Source: Candidatus Omnitrophota bacterium (GTDB lineage: Bacteria; Omnitrophota; Gorgyraeia; Gygaellales; JBFMHM01). From it: DNA of 64,000 bases. This document shows positions 1-9,572 of the stretch, piece after piece. The stretch spans positions 82,731 through 146,730 of the forward strand of contig JBFMHM010000001.1 in the NCBI GenBank assembly GCA_040753015.1, read 5' to 3'. Positions within the stretch are counted from its first letter, which is position 1. The number at the start of each line of letters is the position of its first letter. Under the pieces are notes generated by a model, which had not been told where the DNA came from, made no database searches, and saw nothing but the letters and a program-made list of their open reading frames with translations. The position numbers and the translations under genes were made by a program.

Positions 1-299
1 CCAAAATCCCTTAAAACTAACTGCAATAATTGCACTTCGGAAAAAGCAGGATTTAAAATAAAAGCTGTCTTTATATTAGAATTAGCCTCGCTAAGGAATC
101 TTTTACACAGAGTAGTTTTACCAGCTCCAACCTCACCGGTAATTTTTATAATTCCTTTTCGCTCCTTTACTCCGTATAGCAAATGACTATAAGCTTCTTT
201 ATGTTTTTTGCTTAGAAAAAAAAAGCTTGGATCAGAAGTAACACTAAAAGGTTTTTCTTTTAAATTAAAAAAGTTTCTATACATATCTTTATCATACAT
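1..299 (-). CDS. ExeA/GspA-like AAA ATPase (type II secretion / MSHA MshM-like), 3'-partial at window edge
   Basis: Reverse translation from 299 gives MYDKDMYRNFFNLKEKPFSVTSDPSFFFLSKKHKEAYSHLLYGVKERKGIIKITGEVGAGKTTLCKRF, with a Walker A (GEVGAGKTT) and the typical ExeA N-terminus (PF..tPDp.fff.s..h.eal..L). Not in the ORF track because it is truncated. Confidence 0.6.
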   Translation of the reverse strand, partial: MYDKDMYRNFFNLKEKPFSVTSDPSFFFLSKKHKEAYSHLLYGVKERKGIIKITGEVGAGKTTLCKRFLSEANSNIKTAFILNPAFSEVQLLQLVLRDF

Positions 300-311
300 G
301 ATTTTATATTT

Positions 312-338
312 ATTATACCAATATTTATACCTTTGTCA
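312..338 (-). promoter_or_regulatory. sigma-70-like promoter for the exeA-like gene
   Basis: On the minus strand, TGACAA then a 16-nt spacer then TATAAT, about 12 nt upstream of the ATG at 299. No Shine-Dalgarno sequence. Confidence 0.35.
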
Positions 339-475
339 TTAAAAAATAATCTCGGTTGCTCATCATTATTTAACTTGTTATAATACATAAAACTTTTTTT
401 TATTAAATATAAGGGAGGATGCATGCAAATTCTAATAATCTATTTATCGCGGAATTTTTAAATACGCCATTAACT

Positions 476-1474
476 CTACCACCTAAAACCGACTCCGGCT
501 ACAACAGATAATTCCTTGTTATTTTTTAGTGCTTGCATAAATAATTGGCCATGATTATCAGGAAAAATTTTGGATAGCTTTAAGTTAACGCCTAAATCTT
601 CGCATAAATCATTTCTTAATCTAAGCTCTGCTTCGTAGTTATTTATAAATTTGCAGCTTGCGCCAAAGATAATGCTTCGAATCCTGTTTTGCTCATAAGG
701 CATTTCAAATACTATCCCTAATCTTTCATTAATCTTCCAAGAGCCAAAAATAACAAATTCTTTATTAAACGGTGCTCGGCTGCCAATACCTATTTCATAT
801 TGCAGGCCGCGCCTTGCCGGCTTTGCCACGCTTACCTTAAACTCAAAAAAAGAATTTATTTTTTTATCAAGCACATAAATAATTCTATGTCTGCCAGCAA
901 TTTCCCAAAAACCTTTAAATATAATTTCTCTCTCAATCTTTATTTTCCTTTTTAAAATTGTTTTTGTATATGTGTAGACAATTTGATTTTGCTTATTTAC
1001 CTGCCAAGCACCATTAAAAATAAGCTTATCGTGTAAATCCTTCTCTCGTGAAACAAAAAAAGTTAAACAATTATATCTATCTGTCTGCCATGCGCCAGAA
1101 ATATGTAAAATATAAAAATGGTAATTTCCCTTGGAATCTTTCATTGAAACAGAAAATCCAAGCTCATTCGATCTAGCATCGATAACTTCAGATTTAAAGA
1201 TAATCTTGCTATCTCTAAACTGGCCATCTTTATTTAAACTAAATACAATGTTATGATCCTTATCTAAAGACCAACTGCCCTTAAGCTTTATTTGCTTGGG
1301 GCAATCAGAGAAAGAAGAAAATTTAACCTGATAAATAAGATTATTATTTTTATCTATTTTATAAACTCCGTCAAGAATATTCCTAAATTTAGGAAGACCG
1401 GGGTGTTTTGCCGATTTAAAAATAAGACGATTAGATGGATCAATTTCGTAGGTTAATTTTTTATCTTTTCTCAT
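476..1474 (-). CDS. hypothetical beta-rich repeat protein
   Basis: 332-aa ORF with about six internal repeats around an aromatic G(S/A)W motif (KGSWSLDKDHN, SGAWQTDRYN, NGAWQVNKQN, KGFWEIAGRH, FGSWKINERL). No recognisable catalytic motif. Confidence 0.5.
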   Translation of the reverse strand: MRKDKKLTYEIDPSNRLIFKSAKHPGLPKFRNILDGVYKIDKNNNLIYQVKFSSFSDCPKQIKLKGSWSLDKDHNIVFSLNKDGQFRDSKIIFKSEVIDARSNELGFSVSMKDSKGNYHFYILHISGAWQTDRYNCLTFFVSREKDLHDKLIFNGAWQVNKQNQIVYTYTKTILKRKIKIEREIIFKGFWEIAGRHRIIYVLDKKINSFFEFKVSVAKPARRGLQYEIGIGSRAPFNKEFVIFGSWKINERLGIVFEMPYEQNRIRSIIFGASCKFINNYEAELRLRNDLCEDLGVNLKLSKIFPDNHGQLFMQALKNNKELSVVAGVGFRW

Positions 1475-1502
1475 CGCTAGATCATAGCATTTTTATTTTC
1501 TT

Positions 1503-1530
1503 TGAACAAGGAAGAAATTAAAGTATAATA
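1503..1530 (+). promoter_or_regulatory. putative promoter (TTGAAC, 16 nt, TATAAT) upstream of 1538
   Basis: TTGAAC aaggaagaaattaaag TATAAT lies about 8 nt before the ATG, giving a near-leaderless transcript. Confidence 0.35.
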
Positions 1531-1537
1531 ATAAAAG

Positions 1538-2467
1538 ATGAAAACTACCGAAACAATAAAAGCATGGGCATTATTAAGCCGGCTACCATTTCTTTCGGGT
1601 GGAATAGTGCCTTTTTTATTAGGCTCGCTGATTGCTTTTAAATTCCTACCTATCTTCAATCTACAAATATTTTTATTAGCCCTATTAGCTGTTATTTTAA
1701 TAATGATCATCACTAATTTTAACGGAGAAATTTATGATGTAGCAGAAGACACCTTATCAAGAAAACTTGGTAAGAGTCAATTTGGCGGCGGAAGTCAAAT
1801 GATTATAGAAAATAAGATCAAGTCAAAACATGTAAAAATTGTAAATTTTGTTTTTTTAATTATAACAATTACTATTGGCTGTGTTTTACAATTCTATTAT
1901 CAAACCGGATTATGGACGCTGCCGCTTGGAATAACCGGAATTATATTTGGATTTTTTTATTCTAAACCGCCGTTTCGCTGGGTAAAACGCGGAATAGGCG
2001 AAATAATGATAGGTTATAGCTATGGTTGGCTGCCTGTTATTGTAGGTTTTTATATACAAACTCAAACGATAATTCCAATTTTACATTGGATATCTTTACC
2101 TATTTCCTGCACAATATTCAACGTAATCCTTATTAACGAATTCCCCGACCATTTTGCTGATAAAGAAACAGGAAAGAATAATTTGACTGTACGGCTAGGA
2201 AAGAAAAAGGCTAGTTGGCTATACATATTTGTATCTTTAAGCGCTATTGCTTTATTTTTTATATCTATAAATAAAGGTGCGCCAAAACCTTCATTAATAC
2301 TTTATGTGCCTGTATGCGTATTATCTTTAATTGTATCTTTTATGATGTATAAAAGTCGATATGATGAAAAAAATACACTTGAGAAAATGTGTGCATCTAC
2401 AATAATCATAAACTTAGGCACATCATTAAGTTATATCTTAGGATTTCTAATAACTGAATTCCAATAA
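1538..2467 (+). CDS. UbiA-family prenyltransferase (integral membrane)
   Basis: 309 aa with about 8-9 hydrophobic helices. The second Asp-rich motif reads NEFPDHFADKETGKNN (N..xD..xD, UbiA type), and an earlier YDVAED region is present. Confidence 0.55.
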   Translation: MKTTETIKAWALLSRLPFLSGGIVPFLLGSLIAFKFLPIFNLQIFLLALLAVILIMIITNFNGEIYDVAEDTLSRKLGKSQFGGGSQMIIENKIKSKHVKIVNFVFLIITITIGCVLQFYYQTGLWTLPLGITGIIFGFFYSKPPFRWVKRGIGEIMIGYSYGWLPVIVGFYIQTQTIIPILHWISLPISCTIFNVILINEFPDHFADKETGKNNLTVRLGKKKASWLYIFVSLSAIALFFISINKGAPKPSLILYVPVCVLSLIVSFMMYKSRYDEKNTLEKMCASTIIINLGTSLSYILGFLITEFQ

Positions 2468-2650
2468 ATGGAAGCAAAAATAGGACATCTTAAAGTTAGT
2501 ATATTTAAGATTGAAAACAGAAGAGGATATGCTGCTGTTTGCTATAACCATCTCACTGAAGGAAAAACTGCCCAAGAAGCATATGCGCGGATGATCAAGG
2601 CATTAAACCGCACTAATAAAAAAGATCTAAAAAACCCATATAACAATTGA
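2468..2650 (+). CDS. hypothetical small protein (60 aa)
   Basis: The ORF immediately follows the upstream stop. There is no recognisable motif. Confidence 0.25.
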   Translation: MEAKIGHLKVSIFKIENRRGYAAVCYNHLTEGKTAQEAYARMIKALNRTNKKDLKNPYNN

Positions 2651-2717
2651 CAACTACCTATATTTATGTTAAACTTTTTATTATTTTAATACCCTAATTT
2701 TAAAGGAAAGGTGGGTT

Positions 2718-3878
2718 ATGGGTGAATGGATAGGTATAAATAAGCGCGCAAGACGGTGTTATGGCTTTGACGAAGTAGCACTTGTTCCGGGTAAAATTAC
2801 AATTAATCCTAATGAAGTAGATACAAATTTCATCCTTGCAGGAAAAAAAATCCGTATCCCAATAATCGCAGCAGCTATGGATGGAGTTGTCGACGTCAAA
2901 TTTGCTATTGCCATGGGTAAACTAGGCGGCCTTGCGATATTAAACCTTGAAGGCGTACAAACTAGATACGATAATCCTAGCGAAGTTTTAGACAGGATTG
3001 CCAAATCATCTCCCGAAGAAGCTACTGAACTCATTCAAAGTATTTATACCCACCCAATTAAAGAAAAATTAATCGCAAAAAGAATAGAAGAAATCAAAAA
3101 AGAAAAAGTAATTGCTGCGGTAAGCTGTACTCCTCAAAACGCGATTAAATTCGGAGAGATAGCACAAAAGGCAAAAGCAGATTTTTTCGTTATACAATCA
3201 ACGGTTACAACAATCACCCATATATCAAGCGAATACAAAACGCTCGATCTCCATAAATTTTGTAAAAAAATTAAACTACCGGTAATCATTGGAAATTGTG
3301 TCACTTATCAAACAACTCTAGAGCTACTTGAAACAGGATGCGCAGGGCTATTAATTGGTATAGGGCCAGGCGCGGCTTGTACCACCAGAGGGGTTCTAGG
3401 AATAGGCGTCCCGCAGGTAACATCAACCATCGATGCTGCCTGCGCAAGAGACTTTCATTATAAAAGAACTGGAAAATATATTCCCATAATAACTGATGGT
3501 GGAATGCGCATCGGCGGCGAAATTTGTAAAGCATTTGCTGCAGGAGCCGATGCAGTAATGGTTGGTTCTGCATTTGCAAGGGCCAAAGAAGCTCCGGGCC
3601 GTGGTTTTCATTGGGGCATGGCAACAAGCCACAGAAATTTACCTCGCGGAACACGCGTAAAGGTAGGCGTAAGCGGTAGCCTTCAAAATATATTATTCGG
3701 ACCTGCAAAAACCGATGATGGTTCACAAAACCTAATGGGAGCGTTAATGACATCTATGGGTTCACTGGGAGCAAAAAATATTAAAGAAATGCATGACGTT
3801 GAAATTATAATTGCACCATCAATTCAAACAGAAGGAAAGATCTTCCAAGCAGTACAAAAAGTTGGAATGGGAAAATAA
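2718..3878 (+). CDS. IMP dehydrogenase/GMP reductase family protein lacking the CBS pair (GuaB3-like)
   Basis: FDEVALVPGK, IIAAAMDGVVD and GIGPGAACTTRGVLGIGVPQVTS are TIM-barrel IMPDH motifs. The 386-aa length has no room for a CBS subdomain. It sits immediately upstream of guaA. Confidence 0.75.
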   Translation: MGEWIGINKRARRCYGFDEVALVPGKITINPNEVDTNFILAGKKIRIPIIAAAMDGVVDVKFAIAMGKLGGLAILNLEGVQTRYDNPSEVLDRIAKSSPEEATELIQSIYTHPIKEKLIAKRIEEIKKEKVIAAVSCTPQNAIKFGEIAQKAKADFFVIQSTVTTITHISSEYKTLDLHKFCKKIKLPVIIGNCVTYQTTLELLETGCAGLLIGIGPGAACTTRGVLGIGVPQVTSTIDAACARDFHYKRTGKYIPIITDGGMRIGGEICKAFAAGADAVMVGSAFARAKEAPGRGFHWGMATSHRNLPRGTRVKVGVSGSLQNILFGPAKTDDGSQNLMGALMTSMGSLGAKNIKEMHDVEIIIAPSIQTEGKIFQAVQKVGMGK

Positions 3879-3883
3879 AAAAT

Positions 3884-5512
3884 ATGAAAAAGGCAAAAAG
3901 ATCAGCAAAAAAAATATCCAAACCAAGATCAAAGCTAAGAAAAATCGCACCACGTATTAAAAAAAATAAAAAAATAGAAACTAATAAACCATCTTTGCAA
4001 AAAGAAACAATCCTAATCCTTGATTTTGGTTCACAATATACACAATTAATCGCAAGAAGAATAAGAGAAAGTCATGTCTACAGCCAGATTGTACCATATT
4101 CTATATCTATTGAAAAAATTAAAGAAATTAAACCCAAAGGTATAATCTTATCTGGCGGGCCTGCATCGGTTTATAAAGAGAAAGCGCCATTACCAGCAAG
4201 CCAAATATTTAAATTAGGAATACCTATATTAGGCATCTGCTATGGAATGCAGGTTATTGCTCAAGAATTTGGCGTTAAGGTTAAAACTACAGATCGAAGA
4301 GAATTTGGAAAAACTGAACTTTTTGTTGATGATCCAAAAGATATTTTCTTCAGACTTCCGTCAAATTTTACCTGTTGGATGAGCCATGGAGATTCAATAA
4401 CTAAACTTCCATCTGGTTTTATCAGCTTAGGGCATACTTTAAATACATCTTTTACAGCTATTGCAAACCGCTCAAAAAGAATCTATGGAGTACAATTCCA
4501 TCCAGAAGTAGCCCACACGACAAAAGGCAACGAAATACTATCAAATTTTCTATTTCAGGTATGTTCATGCCGCGGAAACTGGTTAATTAAATCATTTATA
4601 AAAGACTCTATAGAAAATATTAGAAATACAGTCGGTAATAAATCTGTTGTCTTAGGATTAAGCGGAGGAGTTGATTCCTCAGTAGCAGCATCGCTTCTTT
4701 ATAAAGCAATAAAGAAAAATTTGAGGTGTATTTTTATAAATAACGGGCTCTTAAGAGATGGTGAAGCAGAAGAAGTAAAAAGGGTATTTAAAGATGAATT
4801 AAAAATGAACCTTGACTATGTCGATGCTGAAAATAGATTTTTAAAAAGACTCGAAGGTATAATAGACCCTGAAGAGAAAAGAAAAATAATCGGCGAGGAG
4901 TTTGTCAGAGTTTTCGAAGAAAGGGCGCGAAAATTCAAAAAAGCATCTTTTCTCGCGCAAGGTACACTTTACCCGGATGTTATTGAGTCAACCGGCATAA
5001 AAACACACCACAATGTCGGAGGTATCCCAAAAGACCTAAAATTACAACTAATTGAACCACTACGCGATCTTTTTAAAGACGAGGTTAGAGAGATAGGTAA
5101 AGCATTAGGCCTTGCAACTGAAATTATTAACCGGCAGCCATTTCCCGGCCCAGGCCTAGCTGTCCGTATAATTGGGGAAGTAACACCTGAAAGGCTTAGA
5201 TTATTAAGGCATGCCGACAAAAAGGTAAATGAAATATTAAAATCATCTCAAGTAGATACTCCTATATGGCAATCATTTGCTGTGCTTTTGCCGATAAAAA
5301 CTGTCGGAGTTATGGGAGATGACCGCACTTATGAAAATGTTATCGCTATACGCTGTGTAAGCTCAAGCGATGGCATGACTGCTGACTGGGTAAAACTACC
5401 TTACGAAATTCTGGAAAAAATCTCAAACCGTATTGTTAACGAAGTAAAAGGAATAAATCGAGTAGTCTACGACGTATCTACTAAACCTCCTGCAACTATT
5501 GAGTGGGAATGA
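3884..5512 (+). CDS. guaA: GMP synthase (glutamine-hydrolysing)
   Basis: ILILDFGSQYTQLIARRIRE marks the GATase domain and GLSGGVDSSVAA the ATP-PPase P-loop. The C-terminal dimerisation region ends ...PATIEWE. An unusual 40-aa Lys/Arg-rich extension precedes the conserved start. Confidence 0.9.
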   Translation: MKKAKRSAKKISKPRSKLRKIAPRIKKNKKIETNKPSLQKETILILDFGSQYTQLIARRIRESHVYSQIVPYSISIEKIKEIKPKGIILSGGPASVYKEKAPLPASQIFKLGIPILGICYGMQVIAQEFGVKVKTTDRREFGKTELFVDDPKDIFFRLPSNFTCWMSHGDSITKLPSGFISLGHTLNTSFTAIANRSKRIYGVQFHPEVAHTTKGNEILSNFLFQVCSCRGNWLIKSFIKDSIENIRNTVGNKSVVLGLSGGVDSSVAASLLYKAIKKNLRCIFINNGLLRDGEAEEVKRVFKDELKMNLDYVDAENRFLKRLEGIIDPEEKRKIIGEEFVRVFEERARKFKKASFLAQGTLYPDVIESTGIKTHHNVGGIPKDLKLQLIEPLRDLFKDEVREIGKALGLATEIINRQPFPGPGLAVRIIGEVTPERLRLLRHADKKVNEILKSSQVDTPIWQSFAVLLPIKTVGVMGDDRTYENVIAIRCVSSSDGMTADWVKLPYEILEKISNRIVNEVKGINRVVYDVSTKPPATIEWE

Positions 5513-8500
5513 GCTTTGTCCATTTACATGTTCATACACAATTCAGCTTACTTGATGGCGCCTGCCGCTTAAAAGATTTATTTAAAAAAGCTCAAGATTT
5601 TAAAATGCCCGCCCTTGCAATTACTGACCATGGTAATATGTTTGGCGCAATCGATTTCTATCTTGAAGCAAAAAATTTTAATATAAAGCCAATTATTGGC
5701 TGCGAAATATATATTGCCCCTGGTTCACGCTTCGATAAAAAATTGAGCGCAAGCAAATCAGGTAATACCCGCGAAGAAGCTTCATACCATTTTATCCTTT
5801 TAGCAAAAAACGAGGCTGGCTACAAAAACTTAATGAAATTAGTCAGCATCGGCTATCTGGAAGGATTTTATTATAAACCAAGAATTGATAAAGAAATTTT
5901 AAGCGCACATTCTAACGGCCTAATTGGCCTATCTGCATGCCTAAAAGGGGAAATTCCTCAGGCCCTGCAATTTGATAATTTTAATGATGCGCTAAAAATT
6001 GCTGATGATTTTAGTGCTATATTTGGAAAAGGAAATTTTTATCTCGAGCTACAGGAAAATGGAATTAGAGAACAAAAAAAGGTAAATATCGATCTTTTAA
6101 AAATTGCGAAAAAATTATCGCTGCCAGTTGTTGCAACAAATGATGTGCACTACATAACAAGAGAAACCGCCAAAGCGCACGATGCTCTTTTATGCGTTCA
6201 AACTCAAAATGTCTTAAGCAATTCGAATCGTCTAAAACTTGAAACGGATGAATTTTATTTTAAAAGCGCCGAAGAAATGAAAAACCTATTTAAAGATTAT
6301 CCTCAAGAGATTATTTCTAATACACTAACTATTGCTGAAAGCTGTAATTTAAAACTAGACTTTTCTGAAACTCACTTACCAAAATTTGAACAAGACCAAT
6401 TCTCAAGTAACGAAGAATTTTTAAAGGATTTATGTCTCAAGGGCCTTACAAAAAGGTTCGATAAAATCACTCCGCAAATAAAGGAACGGCTTGACTATGA
6501 ATTAGAAGTTATTAATAAAACAGGATTTATAAGCTACTTTCTAATTGTCTGGGATTTTGTTAATTACGCAAAAAATAATAATATATCCGTCGGCCCAGGC
6601 AGAGGTTCAGCATCAGGCAGTTTAGTTAGTTATTTATTAAACATTACGGATATTGATCCTTTAAAATATGGCTTACTATTTGAAAGATTCCTAAATCCCC
6701 AACGTATAACTATGCCTGATATTGATATTGACTTCTGTTACGAAAGAAGACAAGAAGTAATTAATTATGTGACTAAAAAATATGGGCAGGAGAATGTTGC
6801 TCAAATTATAACTTTTGGAACTATGCAAGCGCGTGCAGCAGTGCGCGATGTAGGCAGAGTTATGGGCTTAAGTTATGCCGACGTCGATAAAATTGCAAAA
6901 ATGATACCACCCGATCCAGGCATCGATTTATCTACCGCGATAAAATCAGAACCCGAGCTAGAAAACATACAAAAAAATGACCCTAATATCAACCAATTAA
7001 TTGAAACAGCGCTCGCCCTTGAAGGCTTAAATAGGCATGCGTCAGTACATGCTGCAGGAGTTCTTATCGCAGATAAAGCATTAACAGAATATACGCCTTT
7101 GTATAAAACTTCTGACGATCAAATTACAACCGGCTATTCAATGGGAATATTAGAAAAAATCGGCTTATTAAAAGTTGATTTTCTGGGCTTACGGACATTA
7201 ACTGTTATTGAAAAAACCTTAAAGATTATTGAACAAACAAAAAATAAAAAAATCTCAATTAACGATATTCCTCTTGACGATAAAAAAACGTTTAGGCTTT
7301 TGGCCAGTGCGGAAACCTATGGTGTTTTTCAGCTGGAAAGTTCGGGAATGAGGGATCTTCTTAAAAAATTAAATCCTGATAGATTCGAAGACTTAATTTC
7401 TTTACTTGCGCTTTATAGGCCTGGGCCTATTGGTTCTGGAATGCTCGATGATTTTATGCAGAGAAAACATGGTAAGATACCGATAAAATATGACCACCCA
7501 AAGCTTGAGCCTATTTTAAAAGATACATATGGCATAATAATATTCCAAGAACAGGTTATGCGTATTGCAAGTGAACTTGCCGGATTCAGCCTTGCCCAAG
7601 CAGATTTGCTTCGCCGAGCAATGGGTAAAAAAATTCCTGAAGTTATGGAAAAACAAAGGATTGATTTTGTTAAAGGCTGCCATAAAAATACAATTGGTGA
7701 AAAACTTGCTAATAAAATATTCGATCTTATGGAATATTTTTCCGGCTACGGTTTTAATTTAAGCCATAGTGCTGCTTATGCAATGATTTCTTATCGCACA
7801 GCATATCTTAAAGCAAACTACTTAGTTGAATTTATGGCCGCGCTTCTAAATAGCGAAAAAAATAATACTGATAAAATTGTTGAATATGTTAGCGAAGCAA
7901 GCCGCTTAAATATAAATGTATTGCCTCCGGATATAAATGAAAGTTTTTCTGATTTTACTGTCATTAACGAAAAAACGATCCGCTTTGGCTTATTGGCAAT
8001 AAAAAACACAGGGGAGGGTGCGATAGAATCAATTGTTAAAGCAAGAGATGATGGAAAATTTAAAACTCTTGAAGACTTATCCCAAAGAATTGATTTAAGA
8101 CTTGCTAACAAAAAAGTTTTAGAGAGCTTAATCAAATCTGGGGCATGTGATTCTTTTGGGCTTTATCGCGCGCAATTAATGATGATACTTGAAGAAGTGC
8201 TTGCTAAATCGCAACGGCTAAACCGCGAACGCGATAAGGGGCAGCTTAGTTTGTTTGACTTTAATATTGACGTAGTAAAAACACCCAATGTGCAAGAATG
8301 GCCAAGTCAACAATTGCTTGCATTTGAAAAAGATTTCTTGGGTTTTTATATAAGCGACCACCCGCTAAACAGCTATTCAAGCACAATTAAAAAATTCAGC
8401 ACACCGCAAATAAACAAGCTTCCCCAACTTAAAGACGGCCAAGATATAAGAATCATTGGCCTAATTTCAAAAATCAAGCATACACTAACACGAGCAAAAA

Positions 8501-8940
8501 GCGAAAAAATGGCGATAATTAGGATAGAAGATTTATCGGGAAATGTTGAGGTTTTAGTTTTTCCAAAAACTTTTAATAAGACTCAAAATAATCTTGGCGC
8601 AAATAACATTGTAGTTGCGTCAGGAAAATTAAACCTAAAAGAAGATTCGCCTAAAATAATTGCTGACGATATTGTGTTGTTAGATGATGCCTTTAGGCTG
8701 ATATCGGGAATCAACATTAGAGTAAAAACACTTACCGAAGATACCCTACAAAATATTAAACAAAGGCTTTCGCTGTTTCCGGGAAAAACTCCAGTGAACC
8801 TATTAATTGAAAATAATCACCCAGAAAAAAAATGCGTCCACATCCGCGTTGGACAAAACCTTTATGTAAACCCAAGCGAAGACTTAATTAGCCAGTTAGA
8901 AAGCTTTATTGGCGAAGATCACCTAAGCTTCTCTTTGTAA
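5503..8940 (+). CDS. dnaE: DNA polymerase III alpha subunit
   Basis: 1145 aa. FVHLHVHTQFSLLDGA is the PHP domain. The polymerase core (GPGRGSASGSLVSYLL, ITMPDIDIDF) and a C-terminal OB fold are present. Confidence 0.92.
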   Translation: MGMSFVHLHVHTQFSLLDGACRLKDLFKKAQDFKMPALAITDHGNMFGAIDFYLEAKNFNIKPIIGCEIYIAPGSRFDKKLSASKSGNTREEASYHFILLAKNEAGYKNLMKLVSIGYLEGFYYKPRIDKEILSAHSNGLIGLSACLKGEIPQALQFDNFNDALKIADDFSAIFGKGNFYLELQENGIREQKKVNIDLLKIAKKLSLPVVATNDVHYITRETAKAHDALLCVQTQNVLSNSNRLKLETDEFYFKSAEEMKNLFKDYPQEIISNTLTIAESCNLKLDFSETHLPKFEQDQFSSNEEFLKDLCLKGLTKRFDKITPQIKERLDYELEVINKTGFISYFLIVWDFVNYAKNNNISVGPGRGSASGSLVSYLLNITDIDPLKYGLLFERFLNPQRITMPDIDIDFCYERRQEVINYVTKKYGQENVAQIITFGTMQARAAVRDVGRVMGLSYADVDKIAKMIPPDPGIDLSTAIKSEPELENIQKNDPNINQLIETALALEGLNRHASVHAAGVLIADKALTEYTPLYKTSDDQITTGYSMGILEKIGLLKVDFLGLRTLTVIEKTLKIIEQTKNKKISINDIPLDDKKTFRLLASAETYGVFQLESSGMRDLLKKLNPDRFEDLISLLALYRPGPIGSGMLDDFMQRKHGKIPIKYDHPKLEPILKDTYGIIIFQEQVMRIASELAGFSLAQADLLRRAMGKKIPEVMEKQRIDFVKGCHKNTIGEKLANKIFDLMEYFSGYGFNLSHSAAYAMISYRTAYLKANYLVEFMAALLNSEKNNTDKIVEYVSEASRLNINVLPPDINESFSDFTVINEKTIRFGLLAIKNTGEGAIESIVKARDDGKFKTLEDLSQRIDLRLANKKVLESLIKSGACDSFGLYRAQLMMILEEVLAKSQRLNRERDKGQLSLFDFNIDVVKTPNVQEWPSQQLLAFEKDFLGFYISDHPLNSYSSTIKKFSTPQINKLPQLKDGQDIRIIGLISKIKHTLTRAKSEKMAIIRIEDLSGNVEVLVFPKTFNKTQNNLGANNIVVASGKLNLKEDSPKIIADDIVLLDDAFRLISGINIRVKTLTEDTLQNIKQRLSLFPGKTPVNLLIENNHPEKKCVHIRVGQNLYVNPSEDLISQLESFIGEDHLSFSL

Positions 8941-8978
8941 GTTCTTGTGCTATAATAAAAAATAAAAAAGGAGGGTAT

Positions 8979-9089
8979 ATGAGTTGGGGATTGTTTGGAC
9001 AAATCGTATTACTAATAATTATATTTTCTTTTGTAAAAACATTTGTGAAATGTATGCACGACACCTGCTGCATAAAGTGTAAAAAATAA
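8979..9089 (+). CDS. putative small Cys-rich membrane peptide (36 aa)
   Basis: Hand-translated as MSWGLFGQIVLLIIIFSFVKTFVKCMHDTCCIKCKK. AGGAGG sits 5 nt upstream and a TATAAT at 8951. It is not in the ORF track (under 60 aa). Confidence 0.3.
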   Translation: MSWGLFGQIVLLIIIFSFVKTFVKCMHDTCCIKCKK

Positions 9090-9091
9090 TT

Positions 9092-9361
9092 ATGCAAATA
9101 AAAATTGAGCAATTAAGCGAAGAAGAATTGAAAAAGCGAAAAGTTCCATCTTGGCCGATATGGGAAAAAGAAATATCCACTTTTGACTGGCATTATGACG
9201 ATATGGAAGAGTGTTTATTTCTTGAAGGCGATGTTACCGTTACAACGAAAGACGGCAAAAGCGTAAATATTAAGCCCGGCGACTTCGTCACCTTCCCAAA
9301 AGGTTTATCTTGTAGTTGGAATATAAAGAAACCAGTTAAGAAATATTATAGGCTGTTCTGA
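9092..9361 (+). CDS. cupin-fold protein (DUF861/cupin_3 family)
   Basis: WPIWEKEISTFDWHYDDMEECLFLEGDVTVTTKDGKSVNIKPGDFVTFPKGLSCSWNIKKPVKKYY matches the cupin_3 pattern end to end. Confidence 0.7.
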   Translation: MQIKIEQLSEEELKKRKVPSWPIWEKEISTFDWHYDDMEECLFLEGDVTVTTKDGKSVNIKPGDFVTFPKGLSCSWNIKKPVKKYYRLF

Positions 9362-9375
9362 AGCCATGCCTAACT

Positions 9376-9539
9376 CTGCTAAGAAAAATATCGAGTGTTT
9401 TATAGCGAGAAATTTTTTTAGCGTTTAGAGTTTGGCATAGTTATTTTGAATTTGCAGTTGTACTTGTAGGGACAGGCCTGTGTGCCTGTCCGAAATAATG
9501 AGATTGAAGAATAATTAAGTTGTGTGTGCCCCCGGAATT
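9376..9539 (+). repeat. 165-nt repeated leader element, copy 1, with conserved hairpin GTAGGGACAGGCCTGTGTGCCTGTCC (9466-9491) and 3' CCGGAATT site
   Basis: About 80% identical to 10175-10340. The 5' and 3' thirds are near-identical and the centre has indels. It lies directly upstream of the CDS at 9573. Confidence 0.7.
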
Positions 9540-9548
9540 TCTTATAAT
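9529..9548 (+). promoter_or_regulatory. CCCCCGGAATT operator-like site abutting a -10 TATAAT
   Basis: CCGGAATT at 9532-9539 and TATAAT at 9543-9548. AGGAGG and the ATG follow at 9573. Confidence 0.45.
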
Positions 9549-9572
9549 CTAGTATTATCTGTAAGGAGGAAG

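Noticed and set aside
1477-1713. 78-aa minus-strand ORF
   Set aside because: It overlaps the UbiA-family gene start and its promoter, and its sequence is low-complexity.
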